From assembly GCA_900549415.1 (NCBI GenBank), contig URNX01000009.1:25271-89270 (forward strand): DNA of 64,000 bases. The letters are read 5' to 3'. The notes beneath the pieces were generated by a model. That model was not told the DNA's origin. It was given only the letters and a program-made list of their open reading frames with translations, and did no database searches. The stretch is from an uncultured bacterium (lineage in GTDB: Bacteria; Verrucomicrobiota; Lentisphaeria; Victivallales; UBA1829). The position numbers and the translations under genes were made by a program. Every line of letters starts with the position of its first letter. The stretch's first letter is position 1. This document shows, piece after piece, positions 37,771 through 46,760 of this stretch.

Positions 37771-40700
37771 ATGAAGAAGAACATCATTACTGCGGCACTG
37801 CTGTTCAGCGCTCTCACGGCATTCGCTGTTGAGGCGGTGACAGTAAAAATTGCGGCGGACGGAACCTATGAACGGAACGGGAAAAAAATTTTCCTGATCG
37901 GCCCCTTCATGAAAAATTTTCTTGCTTATCCCCAGCTCCGGGAATACAAGAACAATCCATGCCCGGAAAAGCTCAACTACATCTACAATGAAATTCCGAA
38001 TGCGGAAAACCTGCGCAAGATCGGATTCAATACAATCTGCACCATGCCGGACGACACCATGTACCGCGTCCTGAGTCCGAATTACAAAGGGTTTGCGGCT
38101 GAAAACGCCTTCGAAGGATATAAAAAATTCATTGACAGCGATACGGACCCGAACTATGCGAAACAGAATCGCTGGCGCGTTCATTTCCCGAACAACGAAA
38201 ACTATTACATTGACATTTACCGCAGGGCGCGCGAATTCTTCCGCAGCATCAAAATGCCCATCTACATTGAAACCTCCGCGGCCAACTTTATTTTCAATCA
38301 GCCCTCCGTGTATGCAAAGTTCTTTTCGGACGGCAAGGCGGCATTCAACACGGATCTTTCCGGAACGGTATTCAAGGTAGGCTTCAACCTCTATACAAAA
38401 TCCGGACGGGATTTTTATCTGAAACTTTGGAAGCATGTCGCGGAAGATTTCACATCGGCAGGAGCCGATGTGCTCTGCTACGAACTTTTCAACGAAGTGA
38501 AATGCGTCGACTACTCCCCGTCCGCCCGCGAAGCATTCGCAAAATGGCTTGAACGCAGACACGGAGACCTTGAAACCCTTAACCGCCGCTGGCATACTTC
38601 GAAAAAATCATTTGAAGAAGCCGCCGCATTCAAAACCACCTGGTCGCCGCTCGGTCTCCATGTGGACTGGAAGCTGTTCATGCGCGACACTCTCATTGAT
38701 TACATTAAAGAAGGACGAGCCGTCATCCGCTCCGTCGATCCGAATGCGAAGACCTGCGTTCAGATGAACGGACGCGACATGACCCGCAACGGTATCTGCA
38801 ACATGGAATTCTACCGTATTTCCGAAGCCATGGACGTAGTGAACTCCAATACGGGCGGCTCGGAATACGCTATCGACACAGGCAAACCGGAAACCTCGCC
38901 GATTGCCGAAAACACCAACGTACCGCTGCAGGTTTCAGGTTCCATTCTCGCAAGCCGAATGGCTCTTTCGCTTGCACAGGGGAAACCGATCATCAACAAC
39001 GAATGTTACGCCGGAACAAATTATGAATCCTGTTTCGGACGTTTATGGACGGAATTTGCGCGCGGGCGCAACGCCACCTATCTGTTTCAGTGGTCGAATG
39101 GCAGACATTGGAAAAAAGGCATCTCTCTGCAGGAAACGGCGATGACTGCCCCGTGGACCATGCGCAACCCCTATGCGTTCGACCCCGCCGGAATGTACGC
39201 CATTGCGGATGCGGAACGGGAAATCAGCCGGGTCGCCGACCTCTTCATTCCGCGCGCCAATCATCCCGCCGCAGAGATCGCGATTCTCTTTTCCAACCCC
39301 TCCACTCGTCTGGAAAACCGCGGCGGCGACAGCAATATTTCAGAGGAGATCTACACTCCCGCAATCGCCCTGGAATATGCACATTATCCGTATGACATCC
39401 TCTTCGAAGAACAACTTGCGGAACGCGCGGGAAAATATAAAATTATCCTGGCGCACGGAATACGCAACCTCTATCCGGAAAGCACCCCACTCTTGAAAAA
39501 ATTCGTGGAAAACGGCGGGACTCTCGTTGCCGCCCTCGGCAAAATGGATCTCGACGAATACAGCAACCCGCTTCCGCAACCGCTGCTGGATTTCAAAACG
39601 AAAAAAACAGAGCGGAAAATCCGTCAGACGGAATTCGGGAAAAGCATTCCGTTCTGCGAAACTGTACCCGGCGGAGCGTGGAAGCGCCGCAATTCCGCCA
39701 TGCTGGAACGGAAACTCGGGAAAGGAACCATCATCTATTTCTCCGATTTCACCTCTCAGTACGGGCTCATGCCGTGGTATGAACCGCTTTTCCGCTCCTG
39801 CGGCATCAGACCGCTTGCGAATCTGCTCAAAATCAATCGCGACGAGCGCACCGGAAACGTTGAAATGCGGAAAGCAAGCGCAGACGGAATCACCGGCTTC
39901 TATCTGATGAACGCCGATCCTTTTCCGAAACTCGTCCGACTGAATTCTCCCGAACTTTCCGGAAATACCGCCGTGGAAATCTTCGATGCGAAAGAACAGC
40001 TTCCGCGGGAAAACGGCATGGTCATCGCACTCCTTCCGCCACGCCGGCGCACAGTGATCCTTGTCGGGAAAAAGGAAAAATTTGCGTCCTTCAAGCAGGC
40101 GACCCGCGAAGAGCTTCAAAAACGCTTCGATGAACTCAGCAAAAAAATCAGCAAGAAAAACATCTCCGGCATTCCGGTCAATTTAAGGAAATTCGCAAAC
40201 AAAGGATTCGACAACCAGCAGAATTTCCCCGTAGGGATCGCCTGGTTTGAAGGAAACGAACCCGCCCTCCGAGGAATCCCCATTGACCCAATGCATCTCG
40301 ACGGGGTTTTCTGCGACCTCATCCGCTTCGACTTCAACGACAACAAAACCACCATGGCCTTCCGTTCCGCAAGACTCCCCGACGGTCTCACGGAAAGCAG
40401 GAATATCCCCGCGAGAGGATTCCTCCGCTCAATCTCTTTCTTTCATGCGGTGACTCATGCGAAACCAGGGGAACAGGTCCTGACGTACCGAATTCACTAT
40501 GCGGACGATTCCCATGAGGACATTCCCGTCGTTGTCGGAAAAAACATCGACTCCTGGAAACTCGGAAACGCATCGGAAACCATGAAAAAACACATCGCAT
40601 GGCAAAATCTCGCCAATCTCGGTTTCTACCGCTGGGAATGGATCAACCCGCATCCCGCAAAAGAGGTCGTTTCTCTGGACATCCTGCGCGTCAACGGGGA

Positions 40701-41226
40701 AAGCGACTGCACGCCGCTGGTTGTCGGCATCACGGTCCATGAAGCCGATGAAACGGAAACTCTCGCACGCATGGAAATTCCCGCTAACTGGAAGTCCTCC
40801 ATTCCGAAAAACGCCGACGGCAGCTTCGTCATTCCCCCGGCGCACTCCCTCTCGATTGCTTCCCCCGACCGCACACCGCTTCCACTCTCCGCAGAACAGC
40901 TTTCAGAAGCCTACATCTGCTTTGAATACAATGTCGGCAAAGACAAATGGGGCTCCGTTCCGAGCATCCAGATTTTTCTGGCGGAGGGATACTACATGAA
41001 GAACGGCAAAAAAACAGACTGCCGCGGAAGAGAAAACTTCCGCTCGTTCTTTGCGAAGAACTTCCCGTTCGATCAGGATCCCGAATCCTTCCAGAAAGCC
41101 GCGATTCCGCTGAAACTGTTTCTGACAGACGATGAGATCCGCGGTCTGGTCGAATTCCAGTTCCGACGGAGCGCGGAAAACGGAGACATCATTCTCCGGG
41201 ATCTCCATATCAGGTACAAAAAATGA
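37771..41226 (+). CDS. secreted TIM-barrel glycoside hydrolase, clan GH-A (GH5/GH42-like), 1151 aa
   Basis: There is a signal peptide MKKNIITAALLFSALTAFA. VLCYELFNEVKC is an acid/base NE motif. The gene is large and lies 25 bp downstream of a DUF1559 gene. The exact family is uncertain. Confidence 0.7.
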   Translation: MKKNIITAALLFSALTAFAVEAVTVKIAADGTYERNGKKIFLIGPFMKNFLAYPQLREYKNNPCPEKLNYIYNEIPNAENLRKIGFNTICTMPDDTMYRVLSPNYKGFAAENAFEGYKKFIDSDTDPNYAKQNRWRVHFPNNENYYIDIYRRAREFFRSIKMPIYIETSAANFIFNQPSVYAKFFSDGKAAFNTDLSGTVFKVGFNLYTKSGRDFYLKLWKHVAEDFTSAGADVLCYELFNEVKCVDYSPSAREAFAKWLERRHGDLETLNRRWHTSKKSFEEAAAFKTTWSPLGLHVDWKLFMRDTLIDYIKEGRAVIRSVDPNAKTCVQMNGRDMTRNGICNMEFYRISEAMDVVNSNTGGSEYAIDTGKPETSPIAENTNVPLQVSGSILASRMALSLAQGKPIINNECYAGTNYESCFGRLWTEFARGRNATYLFQWSNGRHWKKGISLQETAMTAPWTMRNPYAFDPAGMYAIADAEREISRVADLFIPRANHPAAEIAILFSNPSTRLENRGGDSNISEEIYTPAIALEYAHYPYDILFEEQLAERAGKYKIILAHGIRNLYPESTPLLKKFVENGGTLVAALGKMDLDEYSNPLPQPLLDFKTKKTERKIRQTEFGKSIPFCETVPGGAWKRRNSAMLERKLGKGTIIYFSDFTSQYGLMPWYEPLFRSCGIRPLANLLKINRDERTGNVEMRKASADGITGFYLMNADPFPKLVRLNSPELSGNTAVEIFDAKEQLPRENGMVIALLPPRRRTVILVGKKEKFASFKQATREELQKRFDELSKKISKKNISGIPVNLRKFANKGFDNQQNFPVGIAWFEGNEPALRGIPIDPMHLDGVFCDLIRFDFNDNKTTMAFRSARLPDGLTESRNIPARGFLRSISFFHAVTHAKPGEQVLTYRIHYADDSHEDIPVVVGKNIDSWKLGNASETMKKHIAWQNLANLGFYRWEWINPHPAKEVVSLDILRVNGESDCTPLVVGITVHEADETETLARMEIPANWKSSIPKNADGSFVIPPAHSLSIASPDRTPLPLSAEQLSEAYICFEYNVGKDKWGSVPSIQIFLAEGYYMKNGKKTDCRGRENFRSFFAKNFPFDQDPESFQKAAIPLKLFLTDDEIRGLVEFQFRRSAENGDIILRDLHIRYKK

Positions 41227-41304
41227 AATCCCTGAACATTGCCGACACGCGGATATGCTGCGGAAAATGAAACTCTTAACCCTCTTTAATGAAAAGGACC
41301 TTGT

Positions 41305-43428
41305 ATGAACAATGATCTCCCACACTCAATGGTGCGCAATTTCGATTCCGCGCCAATCTCCATCAAGTCTGTTGCGAACCGGACCTTCGCTTCGGATTCC
41401 GCCTGGAAAGGCTGGACCGATCAGGGACCGGAAAACGATATGCGGATCTTCCGGAAAGAGGAGTTGCGCGTAAAACAATTCGCTTTTGAGATTCTTCCCG
41501 AAGGCGGACCGCAGTGTCTCGCCCTCTCAAAACGCTTCCCCGGTTTTGCCCGGACCGCGGAAACAGAGACCTCAAACCGGATCGGAAACTATATTCTACT
41601 ACTCCACACCGGCGCATGGCTTGAAACAAATTCCTCCTGCGGATACCTGACCGTTGAATATGCGGATTCAACCCGCGAAGAATTTGAAATTCTCAAAGGT
41701 CGCGATCTCCAAGACTGGCACCAGCCGAAAACGGCAGTCAACTACAAACTTGCATGGTACGGCATGGACGGCCAGAGCTACCGCAATCTCGGATTTTCCG
41801 CATTTCCCGTCCGCCCGAAACCGATCCGTTCTCTGAAATTCACCGCGGGTCCCGGATCCATCTGGCTGGTTGTCGCAGCAGCCTGCGCAACGGGTGAAAA
41901 AAATCCTGCGGAAACCATTTCCGCTCCGCATCTTCTGGATGCGGATCCGCAAACGTTCTACAAGACCGCCGACCCGCTTTCCGGCATTCCCGGTGCAAAA
42001 TTCCTCGGACTCCTGAAAACAAAAAACAGCTCGGAAATCCGCAAATCCATCGTCGGCGTCGGTTTCGAAACACTTGACCGCGAGACCTTCGATCCGGAAA
42101 CCGTGTACGATGTACTCGGCGAATCCGGCATCAAACACGCCCGCGTTCAATGCGGATGGCGAAAATGCGAAAAAAAACCGGGCGTCTACAATTTCTCCTG
42201 GCTGGACGGCATCGTCGACAACCTTCTTCGGCGAGGCGTCGAAGTCTGGCTTCAGCTGTCCTTCGGAAATCCGCTCTATACGCCGAACTCGAAATATGAC
42301 GCATTCAAAAAGGAGCATCCCGGCGAGGAACCTGTTTCAGGATTTCTGCGCGGATTCGTTGCCGACACTCCATTCTACCATGGTCCCGAAGCGATGAACT
42401 CATGGCTCCGTTTCGTCTCCGCGCTAACGGAGCATTACAGGAACCGCATCCGTGATTATGAAGTCTGGAATGAACCGGACGGCAACTTCTTCTGGGCAAT
42501 CAACAGCGTTCCCCCTTATTCCGACGTCTCCCCCGAAGAGATGCAGAAACGGACCGCCCGCGATTTCTTCGAATTCACAAAGCAAACCGCTGAAGCGGTT
42601 CGAAGCGTCAGACCGGACGCGCGGATCGCCATTTGCCCATCAAAACTCCACGGCGTCTATATACGCGAACTTGGAAAACTGGGGATCGGCAAAGTCATCG
42701 ACATTCTGGCGTGCCACACCTATGACGCCACGACACAAGCCTTCGACCAAGCACATTACAATCAGATCCGGGCAATCATCCGCCCGAAGGAAATGTGGAT
42801 GGGAGAAGGCGGAAGCCTTTCAAAGGGTGATCCGACCGCCATTTCGCTCAGTGGACTTCTTTTCGCCGCAACGGAACTGTCCCAGGCAAAGCACAACGCC
42901 CGACGTCTGACCACAGACGCCGGATGCGGAATGCGCCTGTCGTCAATTTACACGATGAGCGATCTCAAAAGCTACTGGTCTAACGGGAACGATTCCTCCG
43001 CCGGGATCTACTGTCGCAAGGAGCGGCGTCCAAAGCTGGCGTATTACGCCATGCAGTCTGTCGCAACGCTGTTCGACGGCATGGAAATTGCGCCGGATCT
43101 CGGACTTTATCCGGAGATCCCGCTCAACAACACATCGGTTCTGGCGAAAAACGCGCTTCAGTGTTTCGCCTTCCGGAAAAACGGCATTCCGCTGTTTGCG
43201 GTCTTCTCGCCGGAAATCATACTCTTCAACCCGGAACCGATCCGCTGCGCCGTTGAATGTTCAATGGACGGACCCGAAATCAAAACCCCCGTCGTCATTG
43301 ATCCTTTGCGTCAGAAGGTCTACAGCCTCCCCGCCTTGTACAGCGAGGGGGGCCTCTCCATTCCCGTTCTCGATGTGCCGAATTATCCTGTTTTCATCAC
43401 AGACCGTTCCGCAATCGAATTGCAGTGA
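41305..43428 (+). CDS. clan GH-A glycoside hydrolase (GH5/GH39/GH30-like), 707 aa
   Basis: DYEVWNEPD is an acid/base motif. MWMGEGGS is a nucleophile-like motif. GVGFETLDRE is present. There is no obvious signal peptide. Confidence 0.7.
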   Translation: MNNDLPHSMVRNFDSAPISIKSVANRTFASDSAWKGWTDQGPENDMRIFRKEELRVKQFAFEILPEGGPQCLALSKRFPGFARTAETETSNRIGNYILLLHTGAWLETNSSCGYLTVEYADSTREEFEILKGRDLQDWHQPKTAVNYKLAWYGMDGQSYRNLGFSAFPVRPKPIRSLKFTAGPGSIWLVVAAACATGEKNPAETISAPHLLDADPQTFYKTADPLSGIPGAKFLGLLKTKNSSEIRKSIVGVGFETLDRETFDPETVYDVLGESGIKHARVQCGWRKCEKKPGVYNFSWLDGIVDNLLRRGVEVWLQLSFGNPLYTPNSKYDAFKKEHPGEEPVSGFLRGFVADTPFYHGPEAMNSWLRFVSALTEHYRNRIRDYEVWNEPDGNFFWAINSVPPYSDVSPEEMQKRTARDFFEFTKQTAEAVRSVRPDARIAICPSKLHGVYIRELGKLGIGKVIDILACHTYDATTQAFDQAHYNQIRAIIRPKEMWMGEGGSLSKGDPTAISLSGLLFAATELSQAKHNARRLTTDAGCGMRLSSIYTMSDLKSYWSNGNDSSAGIYCRKERRPKLAYYAMQSVATLFDGMEIAPDLGLYPEIPLNNTSVLAKNALQCFAFRKNGIPLFAVFSPEIILFNPEPIRCAVECSMDGPEIKTPVVIDPLRQKVYSLPALYSEGGLSIPVLDVPNYPVFITDRSAIELQ

Positions 43429-43436
43429 AAACGAAT

Positions 43437-43464
43437 GGGGACAATCCGAAACGGGATTGTCCCC
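43437..43464 (+). terminator. perfect hairpin after the GH gene stop (GGGGACAATCC-gaaac-GGGATTGTCCCC)
   Basis: The stem is 11 bp and perfect, 8 nt after the TGA at 43426-43428. No U-tract follows, so it may be a terminator or an RNA-stability element. Confidence 0.4.
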
Positions 43465-43638
43465 ATTCATCGCCGGGAGAACGCAGAGAAAAATCAAAAA
43501 AGATTTCACCGGGTGAGACTTTTTTGCTTGACAATCCTCAAACAGCTATTTTATAAACAGAATTCGGGATCGGAATGCGATGTAAGGGTACTCGTAAAAG
43601 CCCGATGTTCAAACAATCACACACATTGGAGAGAAAAA

Positions 43639-44220
43639 ATGAAAAAAACGATTGCTCTGGCTTTGCTTTGCGGACTCACAATGGGATGCTTCGCCGCAGA
43701 AACCATTTATCGCGGCGATTCCAAACAGCCGAAAGACGTCATCTGCTACTATCAGGAAGGAAAGTTTTACAGCGATGCCGCCCGAAAGCAGATTCTTTAC
43801 TCTCATCCAGGAAACATGGTCGCCAAAGGAACTCCGACCGCTTCTCCCTCCAACAGCATTTTCCGCCTGATGGGAAACCGCATCTACAAGGGATTCTCCA
43901 TTGACAGAAAAGATTGTTTCGCCACGCTTCTCGAAACGAAAAGACAGCGCGGCAATATTCTTGAAGCCATCATATACGACGGTTTTGTCACATTTAAAAA
44001 CACCGAGGAAAAGCGCGAAGCCGGCGGAATCACCATCCTTACCCAGCACACCGTTCTGGGGCTGAAGGACAAGGAAATCCCCGGCAAGGTGCTTTACACC
44101 ATCAAAAACAACAAGATATACCGCGGCGCTTCCACCAACGCCAAGGACTGTCTGCTGACCTACACGGGAAGCTTCCCCAGTTCCCGTTTGCTGTTCATGG
44201 CCATAGAATTGGCGAAATAA
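43639..44220 (+). CDS. hypothetical secreted protein (193 aa)
   Basis: The start was chosen at MKKTIALALLCGLTMGCFAA, a signal peptide, with a GGAGAG RBS. The upstream part of the 43435 ORF overlaps the hairpin and is probably non-coding. Confidence 0.6.
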   Translation: MKKTIALALLCGLTMGCFAAETIYRGDSKQPKDVICYYQEGKFYSDAARKQILYSHPGNMVAKGTPTASPSNSIFRLMGNRIYKGFSIDRKDCFATLLETKRQRGNILEAIIYDGFVTFKNTEEKREAGGITILTQHTVLGLKDKEIPGKVLYTIKNNKIYRGASTNAKDCLLTYTGSFPSSRLLFMAIELAK

Positions 44221-44286
44221 CCATCCGGACTCTATCCGGAGCCCCTCTCCGCAAGCGGGGATGGGACAACCGCTGAAAAACAGCTT

Positions 44287-44318
44287 CAGGGAGCGCCCGG
44301 TTTTCCGGGCGCTCCCTG
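44287..44318. terminator. bidirectional rho-independent terminator (CAGGGAGCGCCCGG-tttt-CCGGGCGCTCCCTG)
   Basis: The stem is 14 bp and perfect, and T-rich tracts follow in both orientations. It lies between the convergent 43639..44220 (+) and holA (-). Confidence 0.55.
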
Positions 44319-44468
44319 TGTTTTCAGAGACACTTTCTCTTCAAAGCGGATGCCGTTTCTTTTCTCCGGAGCCGCCCGGGGAAAAGGAAGTCCGCAAGCC
44401 GGACAAATCGCCCGCCGTCCGCGGATCTCCGTTTCAATGCGGATCGTCCGATCCGCAAGATCCGCCGC

Positions 44469-45593
44469 TCAACCCCGTTTCTTCGCGGGTCCGGCAATCC
44501 GGATCGCAAGATTTTCCAGACAGCGGCGAGCGTCGGAACCGGTGACAATCGCCCGGTTCGCCTCGAATATGGCGTCGAACACATCCGCCATCTCCCGCGG
44601 GGTGAAGCGTTTCACATTTCCCCACATCTTGAATGCGCGGAACGGATGCAGAGAAACAAACGAATTCTTCACGCCCCGGCTTTTCAAATCGGCGAAAAGC
44701 GACTCGAAAAACGACGGGCCGGCATTGTTCGGAATCGAATAGCGTTCGCCCTCGCATTTCAGGGTCAGAAGTTTTTTGAACTCCGATGAAACCGCCCCCA
44801 GGATCGCCAGTTCCACTTTGCCCGAACTGCCCTGTTCCAGCGTTCCGATGATCGCCGGAATCAATGCGATCGCCTTCGGGGCGTTGCGTTCGGCAAGCGC
44901 ACCCGAAAACTCCCACGAAAGAGCTTCCGGAGTCACCGTGCAGACCGCATGGCAGTCCGCAAGCGTTATCCCCGGCTGCCCCTCGGTGTACGCAAGAAGT
45001 TTGTCGAGCTCATTGCGCAGACGCGGCAGGTCGCCCGCAGAGGTTTCCGCAAGGAAAGTTGCCGCATCGGGGGCGATGCGTTTATTCTCCGCCGCGCACA
45101 TGTCCTGCACCCGGCGGGTCATGGCAACGCCGAAGTCGCGCGCTTTCGGGTCGATTTTGTCGAACCAGTTCAGCGAGCCGTTCTCCTTGCAGACCGCCGC
45201 GCAGACCTTGTAGAACGTGCGCTTGCGGTCGATGCCGGGTCCGTCGATGACGACAGTGATGCCGTCCATGATTCCGTCTTTGAAAAGCCCGGCAAGATAT
45301 TCGAGCCGGTTTTTCCGTTTTTTGTCGGAAGACTCGGCAAAGGCGGCGTCAAATTTGTCGAAATGACGGAGCCAGATGATCTTTTCGGGCGTGAGAAACG
45401 GCGGAGTCGTGACGGAATTGATCAGTTGATCGAGCAGCGCATCATACTTTTCGGTGTCGGAATCGCCGCGGATGATCTCCAGCGCCGGGTTGTCCTCCGG
45501 CGAATCACCGCAGAGTTTTCGAATGAACTTCGTGACACTCTCCTTGATGGAGAAGTTGTCCGAACCGGAAAAGATGTGAAGCTGTCCGCTCAT
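44469..45593 (-). CDS. holA: DNA polymerase III subunit delta
   Basis: The 374-aa protein contains AGDLPRLRNELDKLLAYTEGQPGITLADCHAVCTVTPEALSWEFSGALAERNAPKAIALIPAIIG. This matches the HolA domain II/III pattern (GGDlr.L.nELeKL.lY....iT..dV...v). Confidence 0.65.
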   Translation of the reverse strand: MSGQLHIFSGSDNFSIKESVTKFIRKLCGDSPEDNPALEIIRGDSDTEKYDALLDQLINSVTTPPFLTPEKIIWLRHFDKFDAAFAESSDKKRKNRLEYLAGLFKDGIMDGITVVIDGPGIDRKRTFYKVCAAVCKENGSLNWFDKIDPKARDFGVAMTRRVQDMCAAENKRIAPDAATFLAETSAGDLPRLRNELDKLLAYTEGQPGITLADCHAVCTVTPEALSWEFSGALAERNAPKAIALIPAIIGTLEQGSSGKVELAILGAVSSEFKKLLTLKCEGERYSIPNNAGPSFFESLFADLKSRGVKNSFVSLHPFRAFKMWGNVKRFTPREMADVFDAIFEANRAIVTGSDARRCLENLAIRIAGPAKKRG

Positions 45594-45595
45594 GT

Positions 45596-46669
45596 TCAGT
45601 CGATCCCCGGAATGAAGGTGCTTGTTTCATCAAGAGACATGATGGTGTCCGCAATGAGTTTTGCAGCGTTCTCGGCGTCGCGCAGGTCGCACATCTCGAT
45701 CGGTGTATGCATATAACGGTTCGGAATGCTGACGAGCGCGGTGGCGACTCCGGCGCGGGAGAGCTGGATCTGTGCGGTGTCGGTTCCGCCGCTTGCACGG
45801 TGGCCGGCTTCAATCTGCACGGGGATTTTGCCCTTCTTCGCGGCGGCGAGAATTTTGGAATAGAGCACGGGGTTGATATCGGCGTTGCGGCAGATGATGG
45901 GACCGCCGCCGAGGGTGACGTCGCCCCACTGCTTCTTTTCCACGCCCGGAACATCCGTCGCAAAACCGACGTCGACCGCGATTGCGGCCTGCGGATCGAT
46001 GGCGAACGAACTGGTCTTGGAACCGCGCAGTCCGAGCTCCTCCTGAACCGTTCCGACGGCATAAACGCCGAGTTTGCATCCGCGTTCCGAGAGGAGACGG
46101 AAGGCCTCCGCAATCACAAACGCGCCGATCTTGTCGTCGAGTCCCTTCGACATGATGCGGTGCTTGCCGAAGCGCGCGGCGTTGACGCGGAACGCAACCG
46201 GATCGCCGATGGAGACGAGCTTTTCCGCCTCCTCTTTGCTTTCAGCGCCGATATCGATCCAGAGTTCGTTGATCTCCATGACCGTTTCGCGCTCTTTCGG
46301 AGTCTGGAGGTGAATCGGCTTGCGTCCGATCACGCCCGGCACCTTGCCGTTCGCCGTGAGGATGTCGACTTCCAGCGCGGGAAGAGTGACCTTGTCGATG
46401 CCGCCGACTGCGCGGAAGGTGATCAGCCCGTCGTCGGTGATGTAGACGACCTGGAAACCGATCTCGTCGTAGTGTCCCGCAAGCATGATGCGGAAGGGGG
46501 AATCGGGGTTCAGAATCCCGATGGTGTTTCCGGTGACATCGGTGTAAACCTCGTCCGCGAAGGCTTCCAGACGCTCCCGGAAGACCTTTGCTGAAGGAAT
46601 TTCGAACCCGGACGGACCGGAAGTTCGTAATAATTCATCAAAAAACTTTAAACTTGCGGCATTTAGCAT
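45596..46669 (-). CDS. M42-family metallo-aminopeptidase (FrvX/YsdC-like)
   Basis: The 357-aa protein carries LAGHYDEIGF, GLDDKIGAFV and IDPQAAIAVDVGFATD, the conserved metal ligands of the M42 family. Confidence 0.8.
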   Translation of the reverse strand: MLNAASLKFFDELLRTSGPSGFEIPSAKVFRERLEAFADEVYTDVTGNTIGILNPDSPFRIMLAGHYDEIGFQVVYITDDGLITFRAVGGIDKVTLPALEVDILTANGKVPGVIGRKPIHLQTPKERETVMEINELWIDIGAESKEEAEKLVSIGDPVAFRVNAARFGKHRIMSKGLDDKIGAFVIAEAFRLLSERGCKLGVYAVGTVQEELGLRGSKTSSFAIDPQAAIAVDVGFATDVPGVEKKQWGDVTLGGGPIICRNADINPVLYSKILAAAKKGKIPVQIEAGHRASGGTDTAQIQLSRAGVATALVSIPNRYMHTPIEMCDLRDAENAAKLIADTIMSLDETSTFIPGID

Positions 46670-46760
46670 TATATTACTCCTTTCGTAAAGTTTTTGCTTT
46701 CGTAACGCCTTCGCGGCTTAAAAAACCGCGGGGAAAAATTTTAACCCATGGAAATGTACC

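Noticed and set aside
43435-43638. An N-terminal extension of the 43435..44220 ORF (MGTIRNGIVPIHRR...).
   Set aside because: It overlaps the perfect terminator-like hairpin at 43437-43464. A signal-peptide start with an RBS exists at 43639, so the extension is unlikely to be translated.
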